Source of the DNA: Octopus vulgaris
Taxonomy: Eukaryota
NCBI GenBank assembly: GCA_951406725.2
Contig: OX597831.1
Coordinates: 24,118,001 to 24,182,000 of the forward strand
Length of the DNA: 64,000 nt
Direction: 5' to 3'
Shown here: piece after piece, positions 25,358-38,947 of the stretch
Position numbering within the stretch: the stretch's first letter is position 1
How the letters are laid out: each line of letters starts with the position of its first letter
Program-made: the position numbers and the translations under genes
Notes under the pieces: generated by a model
Told to the model about the DNA's origin: nothing
Seen by the model: only the letters and a program-made list of their open reading frames with translations
Database searches by the model: none

Positions 25358-25644
25358 GAATATATACATCATGGAATTTGGAAACTGGACCTTATCCGTC
25401 TACATGACTTGGGAAGGAAATTTACTTTACTCATATCTCATAGCTTTGAGAGTTCAGTAATATGAATGTTTATTTTGTAGAATAATATTGTAGAGTAGGT
25501 GTGAGAAGGTCATATCTGATTGGTTTGAGTAGAAAACCAGTAAAATATTTCGGCTGGATATGCCCCGTTTAAATGTTAAAGGGTTAATGACAGAAACAAT
25601 ACACAGAACTCAGTAAAAGGCTAAAATGAACACAGACAATATTT

Positions 25645-26008
25645 ATTCTCTTTACTCTCTCTTTTATTTGTTTCAGTCATGTGATTGTGGCCATGCTGGA
25701 TTACCACTTTTAGTTGAACAAATCGACCCCAGGACTTATTCTTTGTAAGCCTAGTACTTATTCTGTTGGTCTCTTTTGACGAACTGCTAAGTTACGGGGA
25801 CGTAAACACACCAGCATTAGTTGTCAAGTGCTGTTGGGGGGACAAACACAGGCACACAAACATATACATACACACATACATATATACGATGGCTTCTTTC
25901 AGTTTCCATCTACCAAATCCACTCACAAGTAGAAGACTATAGTAGAAGACACTTGCCCAAGGTGCCATGCAGTGGGAACGAACCCAGAGCCATGTGGCTT
26001 GGTAAGCA
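25645..26008 (-). mobile_element. SINE family B
   Basis: Matches the B body, with a small internal deletion and a truncated head. Confidence 0.85.
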
Positions 26009-26190
26009 GAAAGTCTAATAGTCAGACATTCAAATTCCAGAAGTTAGTGTTAACATAAATCATATTGGCTCTGCATATAGTGAAGATGCAACAATACTTG
26101 GCAACACAAAGTCATTCAGAAGATGAAACAGTGGGATTTTATAAACATTGACAATGGTATACATGGATGAGGGTATGCAGGGGAAACAGC

Positions 26191-27056
26191 TTTGAGTGTT
26201 GGCCTCATGAAGGTAAGGTGGCTGAATTCCTTTTGAGCATTGAGCCTCGTGGTGACAAAGTGGCCAAGCTCCTGGGCTGCATGGAAGCAAAGTGGTTGAG
26301 ATCCTTTTGAGTGTTGGGCCTCACAGATGCGAGGTGGCTGAGTTCCTTTTGAATGGGCCTCGTGGAGGCAAGGTAGTGAGTTGCTTTCAAGCAAGCCTCA
26401 AGAAGGTGAGGTGGTTGATTTCCTTTTGAGCATTGGGCCTCATGGAGGCAAAGTGGCTGAGTTCCTTTTGAGCATTGGGCCTCTTGGAGGCAAAGTGGCT
26501 GAGTTCCTTTTGAGCATTGGGCCTACTGGAGGCAAAGTGGCTGAGTTCCTTTTGAGCATTGGGCCTCCTGGAGGCAAAGTGGCTGAGTTCCTTTTGAGCA
26601 TTGGGCCTCATGGAGGCAAAGTGGTTGAGTTCCTTTTGAGCATTGGGCCTACTGGAGGCAAAGTGGCTGAGTTCCTTTTGAGCATTGGGCCTCCTGGAGG
26701 CAAAGTGGCTGAGTTCCTTTTGAGCATTGGGCCTCATGGAGGCAAAGTGGCTGAGTTCCTTTTGAGCATTGGGCCTACTGGAGGCAAAGTGGCTGAGTTC
26801 CCTTTGAGCATTGGGCCTCCTGGAGGCAAAGTGGCTGAGTTCCTTTAGAGCATTGGGCCTCATGGAGGCAAAGTGGCTGAGTTCCTTTTGAGCATTGGGC
26901 CTCCTGGAGGCAAAGTGGCTGAGTTCCTTTTGAGCATTGGGCCTCATAGAGGCAAAGTGACTGAGTTCCTTTAGAGCATTGGGCCTCATGGAGGCAAAGT
27001 GACTGAGTTCCTTTAGAGCATTGGGCCTCATGGAGGCAAAGTGGCTGACTTCCTTT
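26191..27056. repeat. 42-bp minisatellite (15 homogeneous units preceded by ~5 degenerate units)
   Basis: Unit GAGCATTGGGCCT[CAT/ACT/CCT/CTT]GGAGGCAAAGTGGCTGAGTTCCTTTT. Confidence 0.97.
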
Positions 27057-27439
27057 TGTGTGTATTGACTAAAGAAAGTGGTCTAATATTGAGGCATATA
27101 AGTCTTCAACTTGAATTTTTAACTGAAGAAATTTGAGCAATGGTCACCCAAATGAACATACACATATTTTGTTAACAAAAGAAAGTCAAAACTTGTATGC
27201 AATAAATTTCTGAACATGCACACCTACCCACAGCAAAAAACTACAGGTCGACCACGGCAGTGGGCTTTCCATAAGAACTGATGCAGACACCAGTGATCCA
27301 ACTGAATAAAGCTTTGCATAGAAAGTAGGTATAAACATGTTGAAGATGATGATATACATATGTGTGTGAGTGTGTATATGTGAGTGTGTGTGGGGGTGTT
27401 TCTGCATGTGTTTGTGTGTGCATGAGCAATCTGTGTGTG

Positions 27440-27895
27440 TGTGTGTGTCTCAATGTACAAATATATACAGTAATGAGAATATAATATTGAGATCTCCAGG
27501 TATCTAAGAAGTGTGTATGTGTTCGTAAATGTGTGTGAGCAAGTGTTTATGTATGAGTGTGTGTGTGTGTGTGTGTTTGTTCGTGTGTGTGTGTGTGTTT
27601 GTGCATGTGTGTGTGTATGTGTGTGTGTCTTAATGTGCAAACATAAACAATAATGAGAATACAATGCTGAGTTCTCTAGGTATCTAAGAAGTGTGTATGT
27701 GTTTGTAAATGTGTGTGTGTGTTTGTGCGTGTGTGTGTGTGTGTGTATTTGTGCATGTGTGTGTGTGTATTTGTGTGCATACATGTGTGTGTGTGTGTGT
27801 CTTAATGTGCAAACATAAGCTGCAATCAGAATACAATATCGAGAAGATCTCTCTTGGTATGTAAGAAGTGTGTGTAAGTGTTTGTAAACGTGAAT
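27440..27895. repeat. ~180-bp tandem trimer separated by (TG)n
   Basis: GTGTCT(C/T)AATGT(A/G)CAAA...AGAATA.AAT...GGTAT.TAAGAAGTGTGT occurs three times. Confidence 0.85.
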
Positions 27896-28589
27896 GCGTA
27901 TACATATGTGAGTGTGTGTGTGTGTGTATGCATATGCATATGTGTGTGTGTGTGTGTGTGCACGCATGCATGCCTATGTGTACACTGTGTGTATTCTTCC
28001 TACTATTCAGTAGGGGTACACAATGACAATTACAACAATGCTGAATGCTAAAAACCTTTCATTTACATACATCATATATTTATGACTATTTCTGATACAA
28101 TGAAAGTCAGATAAGTTTTAACTCTTTCGTCTCTGAAGACTTATTCAGTGCTAGCATTTCGTAATATCAGTGACTGCAGGAGTCAATTAGATGATTTATT
28201 ATCGACTTTATATTAATAAATCTCTCTCTTGTACCACTTCATGTATGCTTCTTATCTTGACTTTAAAATGTTTAAAATAAATATTAATGAGACATCTGTA
28301 TATGTATGTGTGAATTTACGTATGTGTCTGTATGTGTGTATGCAAACATGTGTGTATGCAAACATACATATTAATGAGAATGTGTGTATGTGTGTGTGTA
28401 CCTATATATATGCACACACATACATATATATATATATACACGCACATATATATACATACTACATACATATATATATATATATACATATGATATATTTATA
28501 AATATACATAATACATTTATATATATATATATACATATATGCATACATGTATATATCTACACACACACACACACATATATGTATATATG

Positions 28590-28633
<44 letters not shown>

Positions 28634-29149
28634 TACATACGTGTATTTATATCTACATATATATGTATATATATACACTTACACACACACACACATACAT
28701 ATGTATATGTAAGCATATCTATATACGTATGCACATATCCACATATACATGCAAACACATTCCTGCTTGCATAATAATTTCTGGATATAAAATATTATTT
28801 ATTGTCATCTTCTTCATTAGCATCAACATCATCAGCATTATCCTGACCCGCATCAGCAGATGCTCCACAACTTGTGGCAGTTTCGTCATCACTATCGTCA
28901 CCACCATCATCATCATCATCATCATCCCAATCGCCACCATCTCTAACGCTATCACTAGTACCACTACCACCACTACAGCAGTTATTTTTCATTATTTTCA
29001 TTAATTTCATCATCATAATTAGCTTCGTCTTTTATCACCATCATTATCATTTTACTGGTCATGATTAGTGCTCTCCTGATATCCGTCATCATAACCATCA
29101 TCATCAGCAGCAGTAGCATCATAACCATCCATCTCATCATCATCATCAT

Positions 29150-29808
29150 CATCGCCATCGTCATCATCATCATCTCCCCTTCTTCCATCCTTTTCTTTCC
29201 CTACATACCCCTCCTTTCATCGACCTCTTTCTCCCATCCCTTCCTTCTCTCATCTCCTCCTCCTCTTCTTCATCATCATCATCACCATCGTCATCATCAT
29301 CATCTCCCCTTCTTCCATCCTTTTCTTTCTCTACATACCCCTCCTTCCATCGACCTCTTTCTCCTATCCCTTCTCTCATCTCCTCCTCCTCCTCATCATC
29401 ATCATCGTCATCGTCATCATCATCCTCACCTTCTCCCATTCTCCTCTTTCCCCACATGCCCCTCCTCCCATCGACCTCTTTCTTCCATCCCTTCCTTCTC
29501 TCATCTCCTCCTCCTCCTCATCATCATCATCATCATTGTCATCGTCATCATCATCCTCTCCTTCCCCCATTCTCCTCTTTCCCCACATACCCCTCCTCCC
29601 ATCGACCTCTTTCTTCCATCCCTTCCTTCTCTCATCTCCTCCTCCTCATCATCATCATCATCATTGTCATCGTCATCATCATCCCCTCCTCCTCCCATTC
29701 TCCTCTTTCCCCACATACCCCTCCTCCCATCGACCTCTTTCTTCCATCCCTTCCTTCTTTCATCTCCTCCTCCTCCTCCTCCTTATCATCATCATCATCA
29801 TCATCATC
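29150..29808. repeat. ~125-bp pyrimidine-rich tandem repeat (5 units) built on (CAT)n/(CCT)n
   Basis: CATCGACCTCTTTCT.C..TCCCTT recurs five times. Confidence 0.9.
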
Positions 29809-30053
29809 TGTTATATATTTGACTATCTTGTCCTTAAGAAATATGCTTCCTAAGATTCAGCTGCCACTGTCAAAGTAAGGCAAATGGTGAATATTCGAAA
29901 CAGTTTGGTTACTGCATCAAACAGAAACCACCTGACACAAATTTCATAATGCGGGAGATTTTGTTTCTCCATTGGTTTGCATGGCCCTTATTGTGGATTG
30001 GTAAGAATTTTTGCGTTGAAGATTTGACTTTTATATGAAACAAAACCTGGACT

Positions 30054-30378
30054 GGTGGTACGTAAAAAGCACTATCCGAATCGTGGCCGATGCCAGTGCC
30101 GCCTCGACTGGCTCCTGTGCCGGTGGCACGTAAAATGCACCAATCCGACCGTGGCCGTTGCCAGCCTCGCCTGGCATCTGTGCGGGTGGCACGTAAAAAG
30201 CACCCACTACACTCACGGAGTGGTTGGTGTTAGGAAGGGCATCCAGCTGTAGAAACATTGCCAGATAAGACTGGAGCCTGGTGCAGCCTTCTGGCTTCCT
30301 AGATCCCCGGTCGAACCGTCCAACCCATGCTAGCATGGAGAACGGACGTTAAACGATGATGATGATGATGATGATGAT
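30054..30378 (+). mobile_element. Family D retroposon 3' part with (GAT)n tail and internal tandem units
   Basis: GGTGG(C/T)ACGTAAAA.GCAC three times, then GGAAGGGCATCCAGCTGTAGAAAC...CATGGAGAACGGACGTTAAAC(GAT)n. Other copies at 32061, 61706 and 62135. Confidence 0.8.
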
Positions 30379-30392
30379 GAAATCAAAGGTAT

Positions 30393-30830
30393 ATTTCTTT
30401 ATTGCCCACAAGGGGCTAAACATAGAGGGGACAGACAAAGGGATTAAGTCAATTACATAGACCCCAGTGCATAACTGGTACTTAATTTATCGACCCTGAA
30501 AGGCTGAAAGGCAAAGTAGACCTCGGCGGAGTTTGAACTCACAACGTAACGGCAGACGAAATGTGGCCACGCATTCCGCCCGGCGTGCTGTTTCTGCCAA
30601 CTCGCCAAATCAAAGGTAGCGAACTGACAGAACTGTTACCAAACCAGGCAAAATGCTTAGCATCATTTCGTCTGTTTTTTATGTTCTGAGTTCAAATCCT
30701 GCCTAGGTCAACTTTGCTTTTCCTCCTTTCAGAGTCGATAAATCAAGTACCCGAAAAACACCAGGGATCAATATAATCAGCTAGGTCCCTCCCTTAAAAT
30801 TTCAAGCCTTGTACCTTTAGTAGAAAGGAT
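30393..30830. mobile_element. SINE A (minus, 30393-30606) head-to-head with an older A variant (plus, 30617-30830)
   Basis: 12-bp TSD AAATCAAAGGTA around the minus copy. Confidence 0.85.
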
Positions 30831-32025
30831 AGATATAAAAACAAATCAAATAACTGATTAAAATTCCTCTAAAAGAGAAAAAGGAAAAATGAAGACACTA
30901 CACAGTTGATTGAGTTGCTAGAAATAGCAGCAAAATTCTCACAAATCACATCCCAAATTCTTGAAGACATGGTAATATGCACAAGAGAATATAACTCTAT
31001 GTTATGATCAGAACCCCTTTGTTCATAAGTCTGCTGGGTAAGGACAACTGGGGTTAAATAACAACAACTTTCTTCTGCGGTTCTTATTTTGAAGATGTCA
31101 AAATGTTTGTGAAGAAAATTTCTGTGACTGTGAGGCAGTGTGGTAAGACATGCACCTTTTAGTTTACATCAATGAAATCCCCTCACAAGCCTTTGACCAT
31201 CTCAGAGCTGCAATATAAAACACTAGCCCATGGTTCCATGCAGTGAGTTTGAACCCAGAACCATGTGAATTGGAAACAAATTTCTTACCACCCAATCATG
31301 ATTGCGCCAAGAAACTTTTTCGGTGCAAGGAGTTCAGCACTGAAATAGAATGGTATCTGCCAAAGAAAAGTTTAGCAGAAGCACTAAACAGGTTGGATAA
31401 TCACACAAAAACTCTATCACAGACTTGCTGGACACATCAGCACCGTACCAATATTCTTATCAATTTTACCACCCTTACACGCATACACATACACATATGC
31501 TTATACATATACGCTTATACACACATACATCTCTGGAACCGCTGAGCTTAATAGCTCAATTCCTGAGAAATGATGGACAGGCACTCTACCGAATTTAATC
31601 AAGTTAATCGCCCCATCATTAATAAATAGATCCACCTAATTGATTGATAGTTCTATGACATCATTAACTTCTCTATGAATTATTCCACAGAAAATTTGGT
31701 TTTCTTGTTAATTCACTCAATAATCTTTATACTAACCATTAAAAAATATAAATGAAAGCCATTTAAGATGATGAAGGGAGACAGAATAATATTCTGTTAT
31801 GGTAAGTAATCGATGTATTAGGACGAAAATTTATTTGATCTTTCTTTCTTTCTGACTACTTATTATCAAACTGCAGTTCAATTGATAGAGGTCACTTCAA
31901 TGGTAACGTCTTTTCTTCTCATATGTTGGCAAAAACCACTCTCACTTCTCCTCTCTGATCACTGATTTGGTCTGACTTCTTTTTCTTTTTTCTTCATCTC
32001 TTCCCTCATGGTCTCCAGACATATG

Positions 32026-32060
<35 letters not shown>

Positions 32061-32062
<2 letters not shown>

Positions 32063-32209
32063 TCATCATCATCATCGTCGTTTAACGTCCGTTCTCCATG
32101 CTAGCATGGGTTGGACGGTTCGACTGGGGTTCTGGGAAGCCAGAAGGCTGCACCAGGCTCCAGTCTAAATTTGGCAATGTTTCTACAGCTGGATGCCCTT
32201 CCTAACGCC
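32061..32209 (-). mobile_element. Family D 3' fragment
   Basis: Reverse complement of 30225-30378, embedded in (TA)n. Confidence 0.85.
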
Positions 32210-32372
<163 letters not shown>

Positions 32373-33191
32373 CATGTTTGTATATCCCCCGGTATATAAT
32401 ATATGTAGATAAATACATAAATACACATATATGTGAGTGCGTATATATATTTACATATACATATATGTATATAATTATCTATATATATATATAAAAATAC
32501 ACACATGCAACAGATTTTATGTTATCTATCTACCTATACACACACATACACACACATACACACACATACAAAACATACATACATACATACATACATACAT
32601 ACATACATACATACATACATACATACATACATACATACATACACACACACACATACGCATTCATTTAGGCACATATTCAGTATGACTGTATGTCTGCGTT
32701 TATTTCTACAGATAGTATGTGTGCAACCACACACACACATATATACACATACATACACTTATAAATATCTGTGTGAGAGTGTTGATATGTCCAGCATGTT
32801 TTTTGCAAATTCTAGTGATTAATAGCAACTGTGCATGTTGTAAATGTCAAAGAGCTTTCTCAACATTAATCTTATGACCAAAAAAATGCTTCTTATGGAT
32901 TACTTTAGTGATATCACTTTGTTGGAAGATCTGAGCTAAGATTCTGAATAAATTTAAAATGCCATTTTTATCTGGCTCTGCCAAAAGTAGAGATTATGTT
33001 GTTATTTACTTAATTAATTGTTTTGATTGCAGATAAAGAAGTAAAAATAATTATGTAATGTATTATACAGAAGAGAAGTAGATTCGTTCTGTTCGTCAAA
33101 TCGATTTCAGTGGTTGGTTTAAAACTGAATTTGTGAATGAAATAGCGTTATGCAACTAGAAGATTCTGGTTGCCCATAACCCAGTCTTGTA

Positions 33192-33513
33192 CAAGGTGGT
33201 ATTGAAAAGTTAACAGACTAGTTCTGTAGCATGCCAACAGATGGCAGCACATGGTTGCGTGCACAGTGAGAGCTAGCAGTGACCCTCATGAGGCACTGTG
33301 TAGAGTTTACTTCACACTGTGCTGTGTTTACTTCACAAGTTGTGTAATTTGTATTTTCTGTGAGCACATGTAGTCTGTGATTTTGTCATGGACTAGAACA
33401 AAAAGGTAGCGTCAAATTTTGCATTAAACTTAGGAAGTCTGCTACAGAGATATTGAGCATGCTTCGGCAAACTTACGGTGATGTGGCAATGGATCGTACA
33501 CAATTCAAGATGG
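33192..33513 (+). mobile_element. mariner 5' end with transposase N-terminal HTH remnant
   Basis: TIR-like start TA-CAAGGTGGTATTGAAAAGTT. From 33393 reads LEQKGSVKFCIKLRKSATEILSMLRQTYGDVAMDRTQF, typical of mariner N-termini. Confidence 0.8.
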
Positions 33514-33609
33514 TTTTTTTCTGAAATGGGCAATTCAGAAAGCCCAGTAGGCCCCACATATCCCACTGCCTGCAATTTGCCAATGACTGGGATACATAGA
33601 CAGTTTGTC

Positions 33610-34140
33610 AGTTAAAATGATGAAGGTTCCTGTTGATCTGATCAACAGAATGGCGGTGAGCTGGTAGAAAAGTTAACACGCCGGGTGAAATGCTTAGCGG
33701 TATTTTGTCTGCCGCTACGTTCTGAGTTCAAATCCCGCCGAGGTCAACTTTGCCTTTCATCATTTCGGGGTTGATTAAATAGGTACCAGTTATGCACTGG
33801 GGTCGATATAATCAACTTAATCTGTTTGTCTGTCCACTCTGTGTGTAGCCTCTTGTGGGCAGTAAAGAAATAAGAAATAAGAACAGCCTGCTTGTGAAAT
33901 TAACACAGAAGTGACTGAGCACTCCACAGACACACATACCCTTAATGTAGTTCTCAAGGAGATTCAGTATGACAAGGCCGGCTCTTTGAAATATAGGAAA
34001 TACTCGTTTTTGTTGCATGAACTGAAGCAACATAAAATAAAGTCCTGCTCAAGGTCACATATAATTTACCACCAGGAATTGAAATCACGACCTTACGATC
34101 ATGAGCTGAACACCCTAACCACCAGTCCATGCACTTTCAC
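33610..34140. mobile_element. Older C-type SINE (minus) interrupted by SINE A (plus, 33651-33880)
   Basis: Tail type 1 sequence on both sides of a full SINE A. Confidence 0.75.
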
Positions 34141-34277
34141 ATGACTGGCATAAATGCTTTAATGATTCTGTTAATACCCATATATCCATGCACACACACA
34201 CACACACACACACATATAATATATATGGGAAAAAAGTCAAGGTAGAAAATGCTAAAGAAATTTTATAAAAAACATTT

Positions 34278-34313
34278 CAGTACCGGTTTCAGTCATTGAG
34301 ACTTCTTCAACCG
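34278..34313 (-). ncRNA. Minimal hammerhead-like motif (C3U variant) in a probable Penelope terminal-repeat fragment (about 34228-34465)
   Basis: Reverse strand reads CGG-TTGAAGA-AGTC-TCAAT-GACT-GAAAC-CG-GTA-CTG. Palindromic stem III ACCGGT. Confidence 0.6.
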
Positions 34314-34612
34314 TAAGCATGGAAAACTATTAAATTTTGGGAAAATTGAATGAAAAGCTTTTCAAAAGAATATTTGCATAGTGTTCAAATACAAGGGGCA
34401 TTTTCCTTGTTTCTGCTTGTCTCTGCCTCTCTTGTTTACTCTTGTGGGTTCGAGGTTGTTGTATATATACATATATACCGGAGTAAACACATAAATGTGA
34501 AACAAGGTGGAAAAAAGAGTACTCAAAAATCAGTGGTAGAGTAGTGAAACTCAGGAAGAGATCCAGTTCCATTTTAAAGACATCTGCATCCACCCCATAT
34601 ATATAAATATAA

Positions 34613-34668
<56 letters not shown>

Positions 34669-34701
34669 ATACAGTCTGCACATAAAACATGCAGACTTTA
34701 A

Positions 34702-35044
34702 CCCTTTACCATTCAGATTATTCTGTCAAATGTAACCCTTATTTATTCACAATGCTTTGAAGTAGTCATGCATTATCTCATAGCTTTGAGATTTCAGTGA
34801 TGTGATGGTTTATTTGTAGCATGTCATTGTTGGAAAAGTGTGAGCAGCAAGTTCTGACCATCTTGAACATAAAGTAAATTATTTGTGATAGATAAGGCCA
34901 GTTTAGATAGAGATTTCAATGACGTGATTTTTTATGTTTTTAAAGAAATTATTGGATAGGTGTGAGAGGCCAGTTCTAGTCAGTTCAAATGTAAAACTAG
35001 AAGAAAATTTTGGCTTAGATATAGCTGGTTTAAATGCTAAATGG
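34702..35044 (+). mobile_element. piggyBac-like MITE family E with internal duplication
   Basis: TTAA-CCCTTTACCATT ... AATGCTAAATGG-TTAA. Confidence 0.8.
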
Positions 35045-35049
35045 TTAAG

Positions 35050-35354
35050 GCTGTTCCTTCTTCCTCAAGCTATGTCTGGCTCATAAGGGCCGGTTCCCTG
35101 GTTTCCTTGGCATATAGGTTCCCCACCTGGATGGGATGTCGGTCCGTTACAGATGAGCTGCAAGAGGCAGGAGGAAAGAGTGAGAGAAAGTTGTGGCGAA
35201 AGAGTCAGCAGAAGTTCACCATTACCTTCTGCAAGAGCCGTGTGGAGCTTAGGTGTTTCGCTCATAAACACACACATCGCCCGGTCTAAGATTCGAATTC
35301 GCGATCACTTGACTGCAAGTCAGCTGCTCTAACCACTAGGCCATGTGCCTCCAC
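35050..35354 (-). mobile_element. SINE family C, tail type 2-like
   Basis: C head on the reverse strand. TSD TAAA(T/A)GGTTAAG duplicates the end of the adjacent MITE. Confidence 0.85.
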
Positions 35355-35719
35355 TAAAAGGTTAAGCCTATAAACTTTAACCATTTTAAACTGGTTGCAA
35401 CTGCAGGTCTAGTTAGTAGCATTAGGTTATATAAACTTGCCAATGTACTTGTCATACATGCTTCTCGTGATCAAAGCTATACACATAACTTCAAACAGAG
35501 CTATGTTTATGGTTAATGATGAAGATAGAAAACAAGCTAATGCCAAACACATATAACAACATCAGTGGGAAGGATGGGGGAGAAAAGAAATGAAACAAAA
35601 ACAAAAAGAAAATTATTATAAATAAGATAACAAATTTGAAATTCTGTATTTTGACTCAATTATGGTTTTAATTTTCTTAATAGATGCATTCTCAATTTAA
35701 ATATTTGCAAAATTACTGG

Positions 35720-37243
<1,524 letters not shown>

Positions 37244-37545
37244 TAGCTAGAGAAAGAAATACGAAATAAAGACAAGTATGATTCTGTAAGATGTTTATTC
37301 CATCATCCTTTTCCTCCCATTTTTCCCCACAATCAGAAAAATTTATTAAGTTTTTTTTGGATATAAAACAAATTTTTGCTTACATAGTTATTTTGTAGTT
37401 TTGTACTCTAATCATTATATGTACTAAGAAGTCGGTATTTTAATATACTTAATCCAACTATTATCTTTACGTGTGTGACCAGTTTACAACATATATATAT
37501 ATATTTTCATATATATATATATATATATATTTTTATATATATATA

Positions 37546-37827
37546 TCACGTGATCACGTGACCGACCAGACCATCAGATGTTGTTACACATCGCTGGTCA
37601 CAATGCGTTTGCATTGTTTTAGCCTTTGAACGATGCCACCCTGCTGGCTAAGCGAGCAGGCCAACAGAAGAAAGAGTGGTGAAAGAGTACAGCAGGGATC
37701 ACCACCACCTCCTACCGGAGCCTCTTTGAGCTTTTAGGTGTTTTCGCTCAATAAACACACACAAAGCGCCCAGTCTGAGAATCGAAACCACGATTCCGCT
37801 GCCCTAACCACTGGGCCATTGCGCCTC

Positions 37828-37830
<3 letters not shown>
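37546..37830 (-). mobile_element. SINE family C, tail type 4 ending in CACGTGATCACGTGA(TA)n
   Basis: C head and body on the reverse strand. The same tail occurs alone at 50401-50519. Confidence 0.85.
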
Positions 37831-37858
<28 letters not shown>

Positions 37859-38116
37859 TAATAAATAAAAAAAAAATATGTATATATATAAACATATATG
37901 TACGTACCTACCTCCACATGTACATATACACGCATATATGAGTACAGAACACCAAAAAGACGTCGAACACAATGAGAAACGAAAACATAGACACAAACCA
38001 AAGGAACTGGACACTTTTTTAAACAACAACAAAAAATAGAGTACAGGACAATTAACACAAAGAAAAAACCCCTTCTCCAGTCGCTATGGTTTCATCTACT
38101 CTACGTTTTGAAGGTG

Positions 38117-38158
<42 letters not shown>

Positions 38159-38353
38159 ACCAAGGCTATATTTGAGCACAAAGCATCTTATTTATTATAA
38201 ATAGTAGTTTCTTAATCTCAACAAGCTGCACAGATCAGATGCATGTGCTGCACAAAAGCTCACATCCTCTGTCAAATTGCTATTGATTGCAAAAGTGCAT
38301 GGCGTGCCACACATCAGATGTTCAAAGGATTGCAGAGCAATGTGAGAAGTACT

Positions 38354-38523
38354 GGGTTAGGGTTAGGGTTAGGGTTAGGGTTAGGGTTAGGGTTAGGGTT
38401 AGGGTTAGGGTTAGGGTTAGGGTTAGGGTTAGGGTTAGGGTTTAGGGTTTAGGGTTAGGGTTAGGGTTAGGGTTAGGGTTAGGGTTAGGGTTTAGGGTTT
38501 AGGGTTTAGGGTTAGGGTTAGGG

Positions 38524-38564
<41 letters not shown>

Positions 38565-38601
38565 GGTTAGGGTTAGGGTTAGGGTTAGGGTTAGGGTTAG
38601 G
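38354..38601 (+). repeat. Interstitial telomeric repeat (TTAGGG)n with TTTAGGG/TTTAGGGG variants
   Basis: About 40 hexamers read directly. Confidence 0.98.
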
Positions 38602-38947
38602 ACGGGGGCACCAGAGAAATGGTAAATGGTTTATGGTGCAAAAGAAATCACTTGAAACATGCTAAAATAATATTCGGGATGACTTTATCTCTACTAAGTA
38701 TAGATGCAGATGTATTACCTAAGATTAACTTTGAGGATCTGATCAAAGACTTTGCAATTCAAAAAAGTAGGAGGAAACTTTTCAAATATAAATAAAGTGG
38801 AATTATATACAAAAATAAACACTATTTTCCCTCTTACTGTTTTGTTTCATTTTGAGAAATGAAAATTTATTTTATGGCTTGTTATTGCTTATATTTTGAA
38901 TTACATAATCTTTTATAGGGGCCTTGATGGGTCTTAATCCAGCCCTG
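38602..38947 (+). mobile_element. hAT-derived MITE family G lacking its left end
   Basis: Right TIR TTAATCCAGCCCTG. Encodes LSLLSIDADVLPKINFEDLIKDFAIQKSRRKLFKYK*, like a hAT dimerisation-domain tail. Full copy at 59726-60241. Confidence 0.85.

Larger units (their letters stand above)
23926..25583 (+). mobile_element. piggyBac-like MITE family E hosting nested insertions
   Basis: Left end CCATTTAGCATT and right end AATGTTAAAGGG-TTAA. The E body is interrupted by a TA-MITE, an older SINE C and a SINE A trimer. Confidence 0.75.

Noticed and set aside
26427-27056. CRISPR array
   Set aside because: Units are contiguous with no unique spacers, there are no cas genes, and the context is eukaryotic.
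28120-28155. Hammerhead-like CTGAATA...GAAA on the minus strand
   Set aside because: Core mismatch, and neither stem I nor stem III can be formed.
37940-38118. Possible Penelope terminal fragment with hammerhead
   Set aside because: The CTGGAGA and GAAAC motifs on the minus strand are in an order and context that do not fold into a hammerhead. Family assignment is unsupported.
38354-38601. Chromosome end or head-to-head telomere fusion
   Set aside because: The repeats are in one orientation only, the tract is short, and the host repeat continues on both sides.
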